Source: Trichormus sp. ATA11-4-KO1 (GTDB lineage: Bacteria; Cyanobacteriota; Cyanobacteriia; Cyanobacteriales; Nostocaceae). From it: DNA of 64,000 nt. Position 1 is the first letter of the stretch. Each line of letters begins with the position of its first letter. Shown piece by piece: positions 18,211 through 27,977 of this stretch. The translations under genes and the position numbers were made by a program. A model generated the notes under the pieces. That model worked only from the letters and a program-made list of their open reading frames with translations. It ran no database searches and was not told where the DNA came from. Location: the NCBI GenBank assembly GCA_019358915.1, contig JAHHIM010000055.1, positions 96,001 to 160,000 of the forward strand, in the 5' to 3' direction.

Positions 18211-18969
18211 CTAGAACAGTCCTTCTAGCTTTCTAAATAACCTCTTGGTATACTCGGCTAACCTTAGCTCATTTATAAATCTACCCCCCTTTGCTATAAC
18301 CCATACCACTAAAGGCTTCATCAAGCAACTAACCGCACTCCAAAGTATAACTAACGAAGTGATTAAAAGCACTAGCACGGTACTATGAGATTTCCAAGGA
18401 GTTTCAGGGGTACCACTATCATCATATGAGGTTACCTTAGCAGCTTCCGAGATATCTTGAGCTACTTCGGGGGTGACAGGGTAGGAGCTAGCAGAGTTAA
18501 GCGCACAGATGAGAGCGTTAGCTCGGTCGTCTTGGGCCTTTCTAGACTTAATAAAGTCGTCTTTAGCCTCCTGCCAAACATCTTGTATATTGGCACCTTC
18601 CGGTACTTCTAGTGTGCGTTCATACCAACTAGTGAGTCTGCCGTCTTCATTGGCTACATAGCTATACACGGCAAGCCCTTCTAGTTCTAGCCTTTGGTAT
18701 ATTGTACACACATTATAGCAGCTATCTAAATACCTAAACGTAGGTGTTACTAAGTTTTCAGGCGACAAAGGGGACTCAGCGACAGCACAGGTGTCACCAG
18801 TACACTCCTGACCACTGAACTCACAGTCAGGGGGTGTTATAGTTTCTTCATGTCTTTTGGTTGATATTAGCTTTAATAAGCTAACACGGTCACTATTACG
18901 TCGTAAATCAAACCCTTTAATATCTATACCTAGTTGTAATGCAGATGCTTTTATTTGAGACGCGTACAT
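18211..18969 (-). CDS. Hypothetical protein with C-terminal hydrophobic segment
   Basis: 252-aa ORF with RBS and promoter/operator upstream. Confidence 0.7.
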   Translation of the reverse strand: MYASQIKASALQLGIDIKGFDLRRNSDRVSLLKLISTKRHEETITPPDCEFSGQECTGDTCAVAESPLSPENLVTPTFRYLDSCYNVCTIYQRLELEGLAVYSYVANEDGRLTSWYERTLEVPEGANIQDVWQEAKDDFIKSRKAQDDRANALICALNSASSYPVTPEVAQDISEAAKVTSYDDSGTPETPWKSHSTVLVLLITSLVILWSAVSCLMKPLVVWVIAKGGRFINELRLAEYTKRLFRKLEGLF

Positions 18970-19033
18970 TATGAGGCTCCTTTGCTTATGTATCTACTAT
19001 ACTTTAGGTTAACACTAACTGTCAACCCAAGTC

Positions 19034-19591
19034 TTATATATTCCAAAGCCTATGGGGTATAACATTCCAATGCAAGTAACCACATATAGTATTACAGTAA
19101 CGGTATCTACCCCCCAAGTAGCTTTTACACGCATCGCTCAACTGTCTAACCCTTAGAAAACCCTTACTATTTACATAGTTCTCAATAGACTTTTTGGTGT
19201 ACAAGCGCAACTCATGCTCTTGGTAGAATAGATAGTTGGTTGCTTTACCTGTTGCATACCAGCCGGGTTCCCATGAACCTGTATCGATTAAAGTATCTAC
19301 ATCTAATAATGAAATACTTAACTTCCCTAAGATGTACTCAGTGTCTCGGCAGGCTACTCTGGAGGTTAGCTGATTAGCCAACTCAAGCCCTATGTTTTTG
19401 AACTTGGCTCCCTTATGTGAGGATTTGATACTTACAGGCTTCCCATTTACCCAGCAATCAATGTCTTCCTTCTTGTTTTCCTGGCTACTTGCTGGCTTGA
19501 CGTTATACCCCTGCCCCCTGAGGAAATCCATTACTTTTCTCTCGTCTGATAAACCCTTCTCATAGCACAAATCTAGCTCTGTGGTATACAT
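19034..19591 (-). CDS. PD-(D/E)xK-like nuclease-fold protein
   Basis: KGLSDE...DIDCWVNG.PVSIK pattern. Confidence 0.55.
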   Translation of the reverse strand: MYTTELDLCYEKGLSDERKVMDFLRGQGYNVKPASSQENKKEDIDCWVNGKPVSIKSSHKGAKFKNIGLELANQLTSRVACRDTEYILGKLSISLLDVDTLIDTGSWEPGWYATGKATNYLFYQEHELRLYTKKSIENYVNSKGFLRVRQLSDACKSYLGGRYRYCNTICGYLHWNVIPHRLWNI

Positions 19592-19642
19592 TAGCTTACC
19601 TCTTATAATAAGGGGGCTAGTAACCCCCGTTAACCAGCACTG

Positions 19643-21454
19643 TCAACCCAAGTCTGTAAATAGCTTATGGACTTCTGCAATAGCTACTTGGACACCCTTA
19701 GGGGGGTCTATAGTGCTAATGACTTCCTCATACTTCTTCACCCATTTAGGTATTAGGCGTTTCACGGCTTGCCATTCTGGCATATAATGGCTTGACCTTA
19801 AGGGATAGCCAAAGCCTTTGTTAGACTTCATTTCCTTCATGAGAACTCCGAAAGAGTCTTCGGAAGTCTTCACAGTGCCTAATCTATCGAAGTCGGCTAA
19901 CTTCTTACTTATGTACTCTTTAGCGTCCCAAGAAGCGTTAGGGAGGTCTAATGCAGCGTATTCACTAGGTAGTCGTGTGGATTGTTTGATAACTGAGAAC
20001 ATCCTCATAACTGCCAAGACTAACCCCGGTGAAAAATCTAGATACTGTAGCAACTCCTCATAAGCTCTCCGTCTAGAGTTAGACGAGTCTGCTATAGATA
20101 GTGCTACTAAGTGCCCGACCGCGCTAACCAACTCCTCAGCATGTTTTAAGCTGGTGTCTATCCTAAAGTCTTTACGATTAGCCTTAGTCACCTCTTCTAA
20201 TCGATCTTCATCATCCTTAAACAGTCTGCCATCGTCCCATACGTACCCGCAGACCTCCAGAAAATAGTCTGCGCTTCTGCGTAATAGATAAGCCGCTAGA
20301 CACTCAGTAGAACACTTAAACTTCTTGGCTAAAGTTTCCCAGTGTGGCTTTACTCGTGGGTCAGGGATTTCTGGGTATCTTTCCTCCATCTCAGCCCTTG
20401 TGTATGTGTCTAACTGGTTTACCCGGCTGATGCTACCTGAATCCATCCCAATGTAGTGGGCGTAACTGTGCATATTAGTACAACCCAGAATCGTTGTGGT
20501 AGCTCTAACGTCACAGGCTGGTTGCCCTTTTTCCTCTACTTTTAATGTATTATTTGATACAATGGACTTGATACGCACATCAGATAAAAGTCTTTTCTGT
20601 ACATCGTCGGTCAAGTCATCGATGAAAGCTAAGTCGCTTTGGGCTATGGTACCCCAACCAAACTTAGTTTCATTTATATGTGCGTTAGACACGCTGTAAC
20701 CTAAGTTACTTAGGGCTTTATTTATGTAGTTAGATTGAGTACTCTTACCTAACCCCGCTTGTTGTCCTACAATAATGGCATAAGACCGGGCTGTATGCTC
20801 TATGTCACCTTCCGCACATCTGGTCTCAGTTGCTCCTACAACTGTTCGTCCCAGGATTAGCATTAGTTGTCTAGCCTCAGCATCTGGAAATAATGTTAGT
20901 AGTCCCCTAGCATTAAACTCTTGTAGAGCCTCAGGGAACCAAGAAACTAAAGGGACTACCTTAAAGTGCCCATTACTACCGTTGAGCGTAACTGTCCTAC
21001 CTAAACCTAGCCGTGCCTGATTACCATAACTAGTCTGGGCTATTTTAGCCACCGCAGACTTAGGGTCTACTGAGTTATCTAGGAAACATAGGGCTATGTT
21101 TTTATATACTTGTATGTGGTCTGATGCACAAGACCCCATTAAATCCTCACAAATCTCTTTAATCGCGGCATAGAACCCCGTAGCCTCATTAGGCTTAATG
21201 GTTCGCCAGTACCAAAAGGTATCGGGGGCTTTGATACCAGGAATCGGTATCTTATTTTCCCGCTTATACACAGTGTGCCCGCAAAACGCCCCCCCGATCT
21301 CTGGTCGTAGTAAGTACCCATAGGTTAGTTCTAGTTCTATTTTTACTTTATTCAACGTTTCGCTAACGCTAACTAACCCTGAGTTAGTACCCTCAGTGCA
21401 CTTATCCGACTCACCCGTGGCTGGCTTGTCGGCTTGTTGCCCTTTTTTACCCAT
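19643..21454 (-). CDS. Replicative helicase / D5-like SF3 NTPase
   Basis: Walker A GQQAGLGKST, Walker B LAFIDD, IKSIVS..LKVEEKG, GCTN. Confidence 0.75.
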   Translation of the reverse strand: MGKKGQQADKPATGESDKCTEGTNSGLVSVSETLNKVKIELELTYGYLLRPEIGGAFCGHTVYKRENKIPIPGIKAPDTFWYWRTIKPNEATGFYAAIKEICEDLMGSCASDHIQVYKNIALCFLDNSVDPKSAVAKIAQTSYGNQARLGLGRTVTLNGSNGHFKVVPLVSWFPEALQEFNARGLLTLFPDAEARQLMLILGRTVVGATETRCAEGDIEHTARSYAIIVGQQAGLGKSTQSNYINKALSNLGYSVSNAHINETKFGWGTIAQSDLAFIDDLTDDVQKRLLSDVRIKSIVSNNTLKVEEKGQPACDVRATTTILGCTNMHSYAHYIGMDSGSISRVNQLDTYTRAEMEERYPEIPDPRVKPHWETLAKKFKCSTECLAAYLLRRSADYFLEVCGYVWDDGRLFKDDEDRLEEVTKANRKDFRIDTSLKHAEELVSAVGHLVALSIADSSNSRRRAYEELLQYLDFSPGLVLAVMRMFSVIKQSTRLPSEYAALDLPNASWDAKEYISKKLADFDRLGTVKTSEDSFGVLMKEMKSNKGFGYPLRSSHYMPEWQAVKRLIPKWVKKYEEVISTIDPPKGVQVAIAEVHKLFTDLG

Positions 21455-21619
21455 ATAAACTCCTGTTAGCGGGGTGAGTGGTTAGGGAGGACTTGCACCT
21501 CCTAAATATCTATTATTCTAACCAGGGTTAACAGTTTTAGTTAACCTTATAGGTAGGAGCCTCCTATATACCACCTAATGGGCTTAGGCTCCGTTTACCG
21601 TGGATACGACCTATAAACT

Positions 21620-22495
21620 TTAATAAGATACGTCCTCATACTCGGCACGGTCAAAGTCTACGTTATCATTAACGTTATCCTCCAAGCCGGCTCCAAAGTC
21701 GAACACAGGTAGCTCTAAATCTGCCTGTGTAGTCAATATCACAGGAAATATAGGGTAACCCGTTGTAGTTCTACCTGATTCATAACCCACTTCAAGTGTG
21801 GCTGGTTTGTCAGGAGTAATCTCAGGGGTATGTGATAACTTTTTAACGAGTGCGGTGTTAGCTAATACTTTACCTTCAGAGGTTATTAGCTCAAACTTAC
21901 CCCATAGGTTTAACTCGTACCCTGTTACGGTTAGTGTCTTACCTGCGAACTCCGCTAACTTCTTAGCCCGCTCAAAAGCCTGAGAGAGATATAAGTGTAA
22001 CTTACCTGCCCGTAAAGCCTTGCGTAATATGTTTTTCTTGTCTTCCTCCGGTGCGCTAAATAGCTCTTTATGATACCTTGTAGCGTTGTCTGAGTCCCCT
22101 TTGGCTAACATTAAGGTTATGTTTAGCGTGTCTTCTAGTTCAAAAATGAAAGCCTCAATACAGGGTCTCTTAGCCCCCCCTAAGACCATTTCTACCAACT
22201 CCTTGTTAGCAGCTTTAAGTGGTTGTTGTACTTTTCCCCACACTAGTACAGCTTCAGTTCCATTAGAACCGATGTAAGGAGTGTAGATGACGTTCTCACC
22301 ATTCTTAACCACTACTCTTAGTGTGTGTCCGGTTTCATTCCAGTCAATACCGAAAGCTTTAGCTATAGTTACCCAGATAGCTTTTTGCTCTTCGTTAAAA
22401 CACTGATGGTCATTAGGGATATTGTTAGACTCTTGGGGTAATCGGGCACGACTTAAAATAGACTCGGTACGCTCTGTGTAAAATGATAATGTCAT
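21620..22495 (-). CDS. Replication-module protein, possibly ssDNA-binding
   Basis: Between exonuclease and helicase; acidic C-terminal tail ending in an aromatic residue. Confidence 0.4.
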   Translation of the reverse strand: MTLSFYTERTESILSRARLPQESNNIPNDHQCFNEEQKAIWVTIAKAFGIDWNETGHTLRVVVKNGENVIYTPYIGSNGTEAVLVWGKVQQPLKAANKELVEMVLGGAKRPCIEAFIFELEDTLNITLMLAKGDSDNATRYHKELFSAPEEDKKNILRKALRAGKLHLYLSQAFERAKKLAEFAGKTLTVTGYELNLWGKFELITSEGKVLANTALVKKLSHTPEITPDKPATLEVGYESGRTTTGYPIFPVILTTQADLELPVFDFGAGLEDNVNDNVDFDRAEYEDVSY

Positions 22496-22561
22496 CGGGC
22501 GGCTCCTTAACTTGCTCTGTTTGTTTCTTTATCATAACCTGGTTGACCCTAACTGTCAACC

Positions 22562-23554
22562 CTAAACTGCAAAATCTTTTTGGATGTTTAGAGCGCGTAC
22601 ACAAGGGGCAACCCCGCAAGCTTGGATATACTGCATTGCAGCGCTACCATCATATCTTCGATTACGTGGGTGCTCTAGGACATCTCTAATATCATCAGCC
22701 ATTGGCGTATTCCATAGTTTGTGCTCGTCTGGTGGGTTTAATAAGTCTATAACTGGTAATAAAACCCCATCGGACGCGGGTAGGTTGTCCGACTTATCCC
22801 CCTTTACTCCTTTAATATCCCATATATCTGTATATGCATCTAACGTACTACCTAGCCGACGTAGTGCCCACTGATCACAGCTAAACCTATCCGACCTCAT
22901 CCTAGGAGTCCAACCGTGCATACAAAACCAGGCAGTATCATCATTTACTAGCCCCATCCAGTCCGAATCTATGGTAAGTAAAACCAGGCGGTTAGGGTTA
23001 TCTAACCCCTGGTTAACCTTAACGACGCAAGCGGCTACATCATCAGCCTCATATCCTACTTTACCTATCTGTGTGTAACCCTGATCTGTAAGGTACTTAA
23101 ATAGTAGCCTTTTAACTTTAGTAAACTCGTAAGTAGGAAACTTTCGCCCGGCTTTGTAATGTATAGCTAAATCTTCGGTTAGCTTAAGTACTTCTTCTGA
23201 ATCCCTATCATCTTTAGCTAACAGCTCTAGTAGACGCACTCTCTTATATTCTTCTGCTTTCTTCTTCCTAGGTACCTTTGATACTACATCACTGGATAGT
23301 AAATACTCGGTACGCCAATAAGGTTTACTATCAGTAACAAAAATAAACTGCAACTTATTAGGCTTTAGATCATCTAACCAATCACCAGACACTAACCATT
23401 GTAGCTGTGCCTTAATCAATGCCGTCCAATGAGGATTTTTGTGATTCAGTATAACGTGCTTCTCTTCCAGGCTGTGTAGGAATACAGAAGTGTCTACAAT
23501 CACAGTCATCTGTGCATCCGTAGGGACACGGGGTTTTACTAGACTGTTGACCAT
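22562..23554 (-). CDS. 5'-3' exonuclease / flap endonuclease
   Basis: VIVD, YKAGR, GYEADD, DSDW, GDKSDNLP motifs. Confidence 0.9.
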   Translation of the reverse strand: MVNSLVKPRVPTDAQMTVIVDTSVFLHSLEEKHVILNHKNPHWTALIKAQLQWLVSGDWLDDLKPNKLQFIFVTDSKPYWRTEYLLSSDVVSKVPRKKKAEEYKRVRLLELLAKDDRDSEEVLKLTEDLAIHYKAGRKFPTYEFTKVKRLLFKYLTDQGYTQIGKVGYEADDVAACVVKVNQGLDNPNRLVLLTIDSDWMGLVNDDTAWFCMHGWTPRMRSDRFSCDQWALRRLGSTLDAYTDIWDIKGVKGDKSDNLPASDGVLLPVIDLLNPPDEHKLWNTPMADDIRDVLEHPRNRRYDGSAAMQYIQACGVAPCVRALNIQKDFAV

Positions 23555-23695
23555 AATCAGGGTATAATATCTCGAATATATCCACGATCATAGCATCTAT
23601 TATATCTCTTGTCAAGGGACTTACTGGGTTTATAGGTCTCATAATGTTATCCAAAGCACTTTTACTTATTATACCTATAAATACCCAGCAGTCAA

Positions 23696-24127
23696 CTAAT
23701 GAGGATGTCTAGAGTGATTTACCGATAATAAACATTCCTCAATCAGTGGGAAGTCGGAGTCATCATAAGCATAACTTTTATTATTCCACTTACCCTCAGC
23801 ATTCATACGAGACACCCTGCGTGGATTGATACCATAAGTTTCTCGGTATTTGTCAGCCACGATAGTAGCTAACTTATGATACTCCGACTCATCCAATATA
23901 ATCTTATTATCATCCAAATACTGTCCTAGTGTCTTTAGGTCTTTAGCCGGAATGTCTTCCGATAGCTTTTTAACCGACTCAGCTTTGGTTACTACAAATC
24001 TGTCGGGATAGGTTAAGCTTTGCTCCCATTGCTTAAGTATCTGGGCTTTGGTTAAGGTAGTTAAATATACCACGTTAACCTGCTCCTCAGGATGGTGTTT
24101 AGGGGGTAGAACATTCAAGACTAACAC
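23696..24127 (-). CDS. Hypothetical protein, possible antirepressor-like DNA-binding domain
   Basis: 143-aa ORF; weak C-terminal resemblance only. Confidence 0.45.
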   Translation of the reverse strand: MLVLNVLPPKHHPEEQVNVVYLTTLTKAQILKQWEQSLTYPDRFVVTKAESVKKLSEDIPAKDLKTLGQYLDDNKIILDESEYHKLATIVADKYRETYGINPRRVSRMNAEGKWNNKSYAYDDSDFPLIEECLLSVNHSRHPH

Positions 24128-24247
24128 GATTTATAGCGCTCATTGGTTTACTATGATTTAACGTTAGCATAGCGAACTTACTAGGTCAACATGATTGGTT
24201 GACCCGGCTTGACTTGACTTAGTTAAGGTAATACTATTGATTACCTT

Positions 24248-25735
24248 ATGCCGATTTCCTACAACACCCCTGGGGTATATGTAAACGAAGCCACTTACGG
24301 CTCAATCCCGGCTATCCTGAATAGCCATGATGCTGTATATGTGTTAGGCTCTAGCACAAAGTCGGGGGCACCTGTAGCAACCCCAACATACATTAGTAAC
24401 TTAGATGATTTTACTAACGTTTTTGGTGCATCCCCTAGCGCTGCGGCTATCCAACTATTTTTTGACCAGCGTAGTGGTTATGGACTATATTTTGTAAATG
24501 TGCTGATGAGGGTAGAACGATCCTTAACGGTCAACACATTCACCCCTGGTACTATTCTAACACTAACTATCGATGGTTACGCTATAAGTTACACTACGGT
24601 AACTGGTGACACTGACATTACCGCTAGAGATGCCTTAGGTAACCTGGTTAACACTCAGCTACCTTTAACCGCTAGTTACTACCCTGATGGTACATTAAGG
24701 TACGCTGACGGGGTAACAGTTACCGCGTCTGTAGAGCTAACTCTAGGGGTCGCTAGCACTTTGACTAGCCCTAAGGTTAAAGATGTCTCGGATACTATTA
24801 AGGTAGCCTTTGAGCCAGAAATGCGTCAAGGTTACTTATGTGCCCCTGAGTTCTTCCAAGCTTTCACCGACCAATCCGACCGGACAGCTCTAGCACTAGC
24901 TATGGAATCCCTAGCGGCTGACCCTGATTACTACTGGGTGGCAGTTATTGACTGTGGGTTGACTCAGGCAACACAGATTACCGGTGGCGGTGCTATCAAT
25001 GCCGTGATAGCTGAACGTAATACTTTAGCTAGTCCTAGGGGTAACAGTTGGTTCTATTTCCCTTATCTGGTAAACCTAACTGGTACTTTAGTGCCTCCGA
25101 GTCTAGCAGCCATCGGAGTAGCCTTACGACGTACACGCGCCGAGGGTTTCTCTAGACCTCCGGCGGGTGTTGGTTATCCTATTTATGGTGTGTCAGATAT
25201 TTCCTTTAAAGTTACCAAGCTTCTACAAGGTCAACTAAACCCATTAGGTATCAACTGTATCCGGAGGCTACCCGCCGGACGGGGGATAGTGGTCTACGGA
25301 GCTAGGACTTTAAGTACCTCATCTTTTTACCGATTTGGTAACACCAGAGTTATCCTAAATGTGCTAGCTGGTAGTCTTAAAGTAGCTTTCGATGCCCTTA
25401 TTTTTTCATTAGCCGACGGTCAAGGTATCTTATTTTCCCGCGTAAAACAAACTGCCTCAGCATTTTGTGAAATACTAAGGTTACCCGGTGCCCTATTCGG
25501 TTCTAGTCCTTCTGAAGCTTACTTAGTTGTCTGCGACCTGACCAATAACACACTTGACGGGTTAGAAGCTGGACAGGTAAATGTAGATGTAGTCGTAAAA
25601 CCTAGCCCCACTGTGGAAGCTCTTGTGGTTACACTGTCTAGGGCTTCATTAGGAACTGTATTAGCTGAGGTTTCCAGCTCTGGCTCCACGGCTCCAATCT
25701 CTAGACCCTCTACATCTCAAACTCCGTTAGCCTAA
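24248..25735 (+). CDS. Contractile tail sheath protein
   Basis: TPGVYVNE N-terminus; PPAG, LNPLGINCIR, GIVVYGARTL, AYLVVCDLTNNT motifs. Confidence 0.93.
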   Translation: MPISYNTPGVYVNEATYGSIPAILNSHDAVYVLGSSTKSGAPVATPTYISNLDDFTNVFGASPSAAAIQLFFDQRSGYGLYFVNVLMRVERSLTVNTFTPGTILTLTIDGYAISYTTVTGDTDITARDALGNLVNTQLPLTASYYPDGTLRYADGVTVTASVELTLGVASTLTSPKVKDVSDTIKVAFEPEMRQGYLCAPEFFQAFTDQSDRTALALAMESLAADPDYYWVAVIDCGLTQATQITGGGAINAVIAERNTLASPRGNSWFYFPYLVNLTGTLVPPSLAAIGVALRRTRAEGFSRPPAGVGYPIYGVSDISFKVTKLLQGQLNPLGINCIRRLPAGRGIVVYGARTLSTSSFYRFGNTRVILNVLAGSLKVAFDALIFSLADGQGILFSRVKQTASAFCEILRLPGALFGSSPSEAYLVVCDLTNNTLDGLEAGQVNVDVVVKPSPTVEALVVTLSRASLGTVLAEVSSSGSTAPISRPSTSQTPLA

Positions 25736-25872
25736 GTCTCTTGGTGCTTGTTGGGTAGTTTCGGGCTACTCCCAGGCACTAAGCTACCTAAGGCAACTCA
25801 GAGCGTTATCAGTTTACTCCTTCATGTTCGGGCTATCCAGAGTATTCCTCTAACAATATAATCATAACAAAT

Positions 25873-25911
25873 AACCCCAGGAATGTCAAGGCATCCTGGG
25901 GTTTTTTTTTT
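25873..25911 (+). terminator. Rho-independent terminator
   Basis: AACCCCAGGA...TCCTGGGGTT followed by a T-run. Confidence 0.8.
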
Positions 25912-25927
25912 GGTTATTTATTCAATC

Positions 25928-26530
25928 TTACATGTCATAAATAGCTTGGTTAACCCTCTGGACGCTTAAGGGTAACAATGACTCACGACGTGCCCTGGCT
26001 TCGCCCCAGATACGCTCTACCTCATCCATGTACTCTTTTACGCCCTGGGGATCTAACGAGTCAACTAAGGCATTCTTGCGGTCGATTACGGGTTGTAGTT
26101 CTTCACAGGTTAACTCGGAGAACTCGATCTCACGCGCTAGGTCTAAAGCCTGCCTTAGGTTAGCTCTGGTGCCCTCATGTTGCGCTGCGGTAACTTGAGT
26201 ACCATTAGTTTCCTTAATGGTACGCTCTAAGTCGGCTCTAAAGGTAGCTGAGTAAAGGTTAGTTACCCGCTTATCCCCTAGGCTAACCCGATAGTCTAGG
26301 AAGTCACCAATGACGGATACAGGGTAAGCAGTAGCAGGTACTTGACGTTTACCAACCCTAACAGAGTGCCCCGCAGTTCTGCAGTGGTTATTATACCAGT
26401 TTTTGGCACTCTGACGTGAGATACCTAACCCATTGGCAAAGCCCGTTAGGGTTGTATAAGCCTCACCGTCAATAATGAAACCGTCTACGGGAATACCAGC
26501 GAACTCGAAAGATGAATGTAAATAAGCCAT
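25928..26530 (-). CDS. Antirepressor-like HTH DNA-binding protein
   Basis: GFIIDGEAYTTLTGFANGLGISRQSAKNW; operator-like palindrome on its promoter. Confidence 0.6.
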   Translation of the reverse strand: MAYLHSSFEFAGIPVDGFIIDGEAYTTLTGFANGLGISRQSAKNWYNNHCRTAGHSVRVGKRQVPATAYPVSVIGDFLDYRVSLGDKRVTNLYSATFRADLERTIKETNGTQVTAAQHEGTRANLRQALDLAREIEFSELTCEELQPVIDRKNALVDSLDPQGVKEYMDEVERIWGEARARRESLLPLSVQRVNQAIYDM

Positions 26531-26574
26531 TGTTAGAACCTTTTCTTTTGACTCCTTTAGTCTAACTTAGGTTT

Positions 26575-27044
26575 ACCATAAGTGTCAACCCTATGTTGGT
26601 TTTTAACGTATTATGGTCATTCCAAAGTGGTTAAATGTTAAGCGTAAATAAGCCTTTAACCTTTGACTGGTAAGCATCCCAAAGTGGTTAAATGTTAAGC
26701 GTATAACTTAAGTTAACCTAACCTGTCAACCCTATGTTATTTCTTTGACGTATTTTAGGCATTCCAACGTTACTCACTTGAACGTGTAAAACCTAGGTTA
26801 ACCCTTGAGTAGTGGGCATTCCAACGTTACTCACTTGAACGTGTAAACCATATCACTCGTCGGCTGGCTGACGCTTAGGTTAAGCTAGTCAATAGTTTTG
26901 ACCATAAGTGTCAACCCTATGTTGGTTTTTAACGTATTATGGTCATTCCAAAGTGGCGCTGGGTATGCTTAAGGTTGACCCAAATAACGTCTCAAAACTC
27001 TTGAGAGTCCCTTCTGGCAACGTTTTCAGGTTGACCCAAATAAC
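26575..27044. repeat. Cluster of interleaved direct repeats (candidate origin or control region)
   Basis: Identical pairs: 56 bp (26575/26901), 25 bp (26622/26679), 33 bp (26758/26815), 17 bp (26972/27028). Confidence 0.85.
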
Positions 27045-27353
27045 TGGAAGCACTTTGACGCTTAAGTTTACTCTAACTGTAAATCTTAAGAAAACATAAA
27101 ACTGTTCAGTTATTGTCAGTTGATTTTCATAGTTCGACATTATCGAACAATGTGGCTAAACCTAGGTACAGTAGGGGACACAACGAGTCAAACGAATGCG
27201 TCAAGATAGATTTCAGAGAGCTACAGGTACTAGACTACCTGAGGCTTTTTCTAAAATCTACTATCTCAGCATAGGTATTTATACTCACCGGATTTAGCAC
27301 TGAGTGTACACTTTGACTAATATTAGTCAAAGGGAATGACTAAGTAGCTATAA

Positions 27354-27977
27354 ATGAGACTATCAACTTGGAGGCAATCAATAGTAGACTGGGTAGCCCA
27401 GAAAGTACAGATTGACACCTATGAACTTAGGAACCCAGAGGTAGTTGGGGAAACGGCGGGGTTTTTCCCGCCACTAAGAAACATTAAACACTATGATGGC
27501 GGGGAAGAGTCGGAAGGGCAGCCGACAGCCCAAGCTACCCAAGAGATATACATAACTACTAGATACCCTAGGGACACCCCATATGCAGAACTACCATTAG
27601 CGACTACAGAGGGTGTCTACTCGTCACTGTGCCAGGGTTTACTCAAAGATGCTCAAGGGATAGCCGACCTCATAGACCTTTGGATTAACCCTAGTGACCA
27701 ACCTATACAAGTTTCTGAAGTAGGGGACGATTATGGGGATTGGTTGGTAACGATGGTCATCTATGTAGTCATTAAGTGGTTACCAGAACCTGAACCGGGC
27801 TTCGGCTTCTCAGGTTACACGATTAATAAAATAGCATTCAACCTGTACCGGGCTAAGCTAGATAACTTTAATGACAATACCCTAGTAGCTACCTTTGGCG
27901 GAGACCGTGAACTACTAACCGCAGAAGATGACTATGTATTTACAGAACCACCCCCTGACGACTTTTTAGTAGAATGA
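27354..27977 (+). CDS. Virion protein (possible tail completion/neck)
   Basis: 207 aa, first gene of tail cluster; positional call. Confidence 0.5.
   Translation: MRLSTWRQSIVDWVAQKVQIDTYELRNPEVVGETAGFFPPLRNIKHYDGGEESEGQPTAQATQEIYITTRYPRDTPYAELPLATTEGVYSSLCQGLLKDAQGIADLIDLWINPSDQPIQVSEVGDDYGDWLVTMVIYVVIKWLPEPEPGFGFSGYTINKIAFNLYRAKLDNFNDNTLVATFGGDRELLTAEDDYVFTEPPPDDFLVE

Noticed and set aside
21547..21617. Twister or hammerhead ribozyme
   Set aside because: CCTAAGCCC resembles twister, but the other conserved core segments are missing; no CTGATGA/GAAA core
23412..23654. 80-aa ORF upstream of the exonuclease
   Set aside because: Overlaps the exonuclease by about 100 nt or more in another frame; cannot be supported
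26575..27044. Mini CRISPR array
   Set aside because: Repeats come as different pairs rather than one repeat with unique spacers; no typical repeat ends and no cas genes
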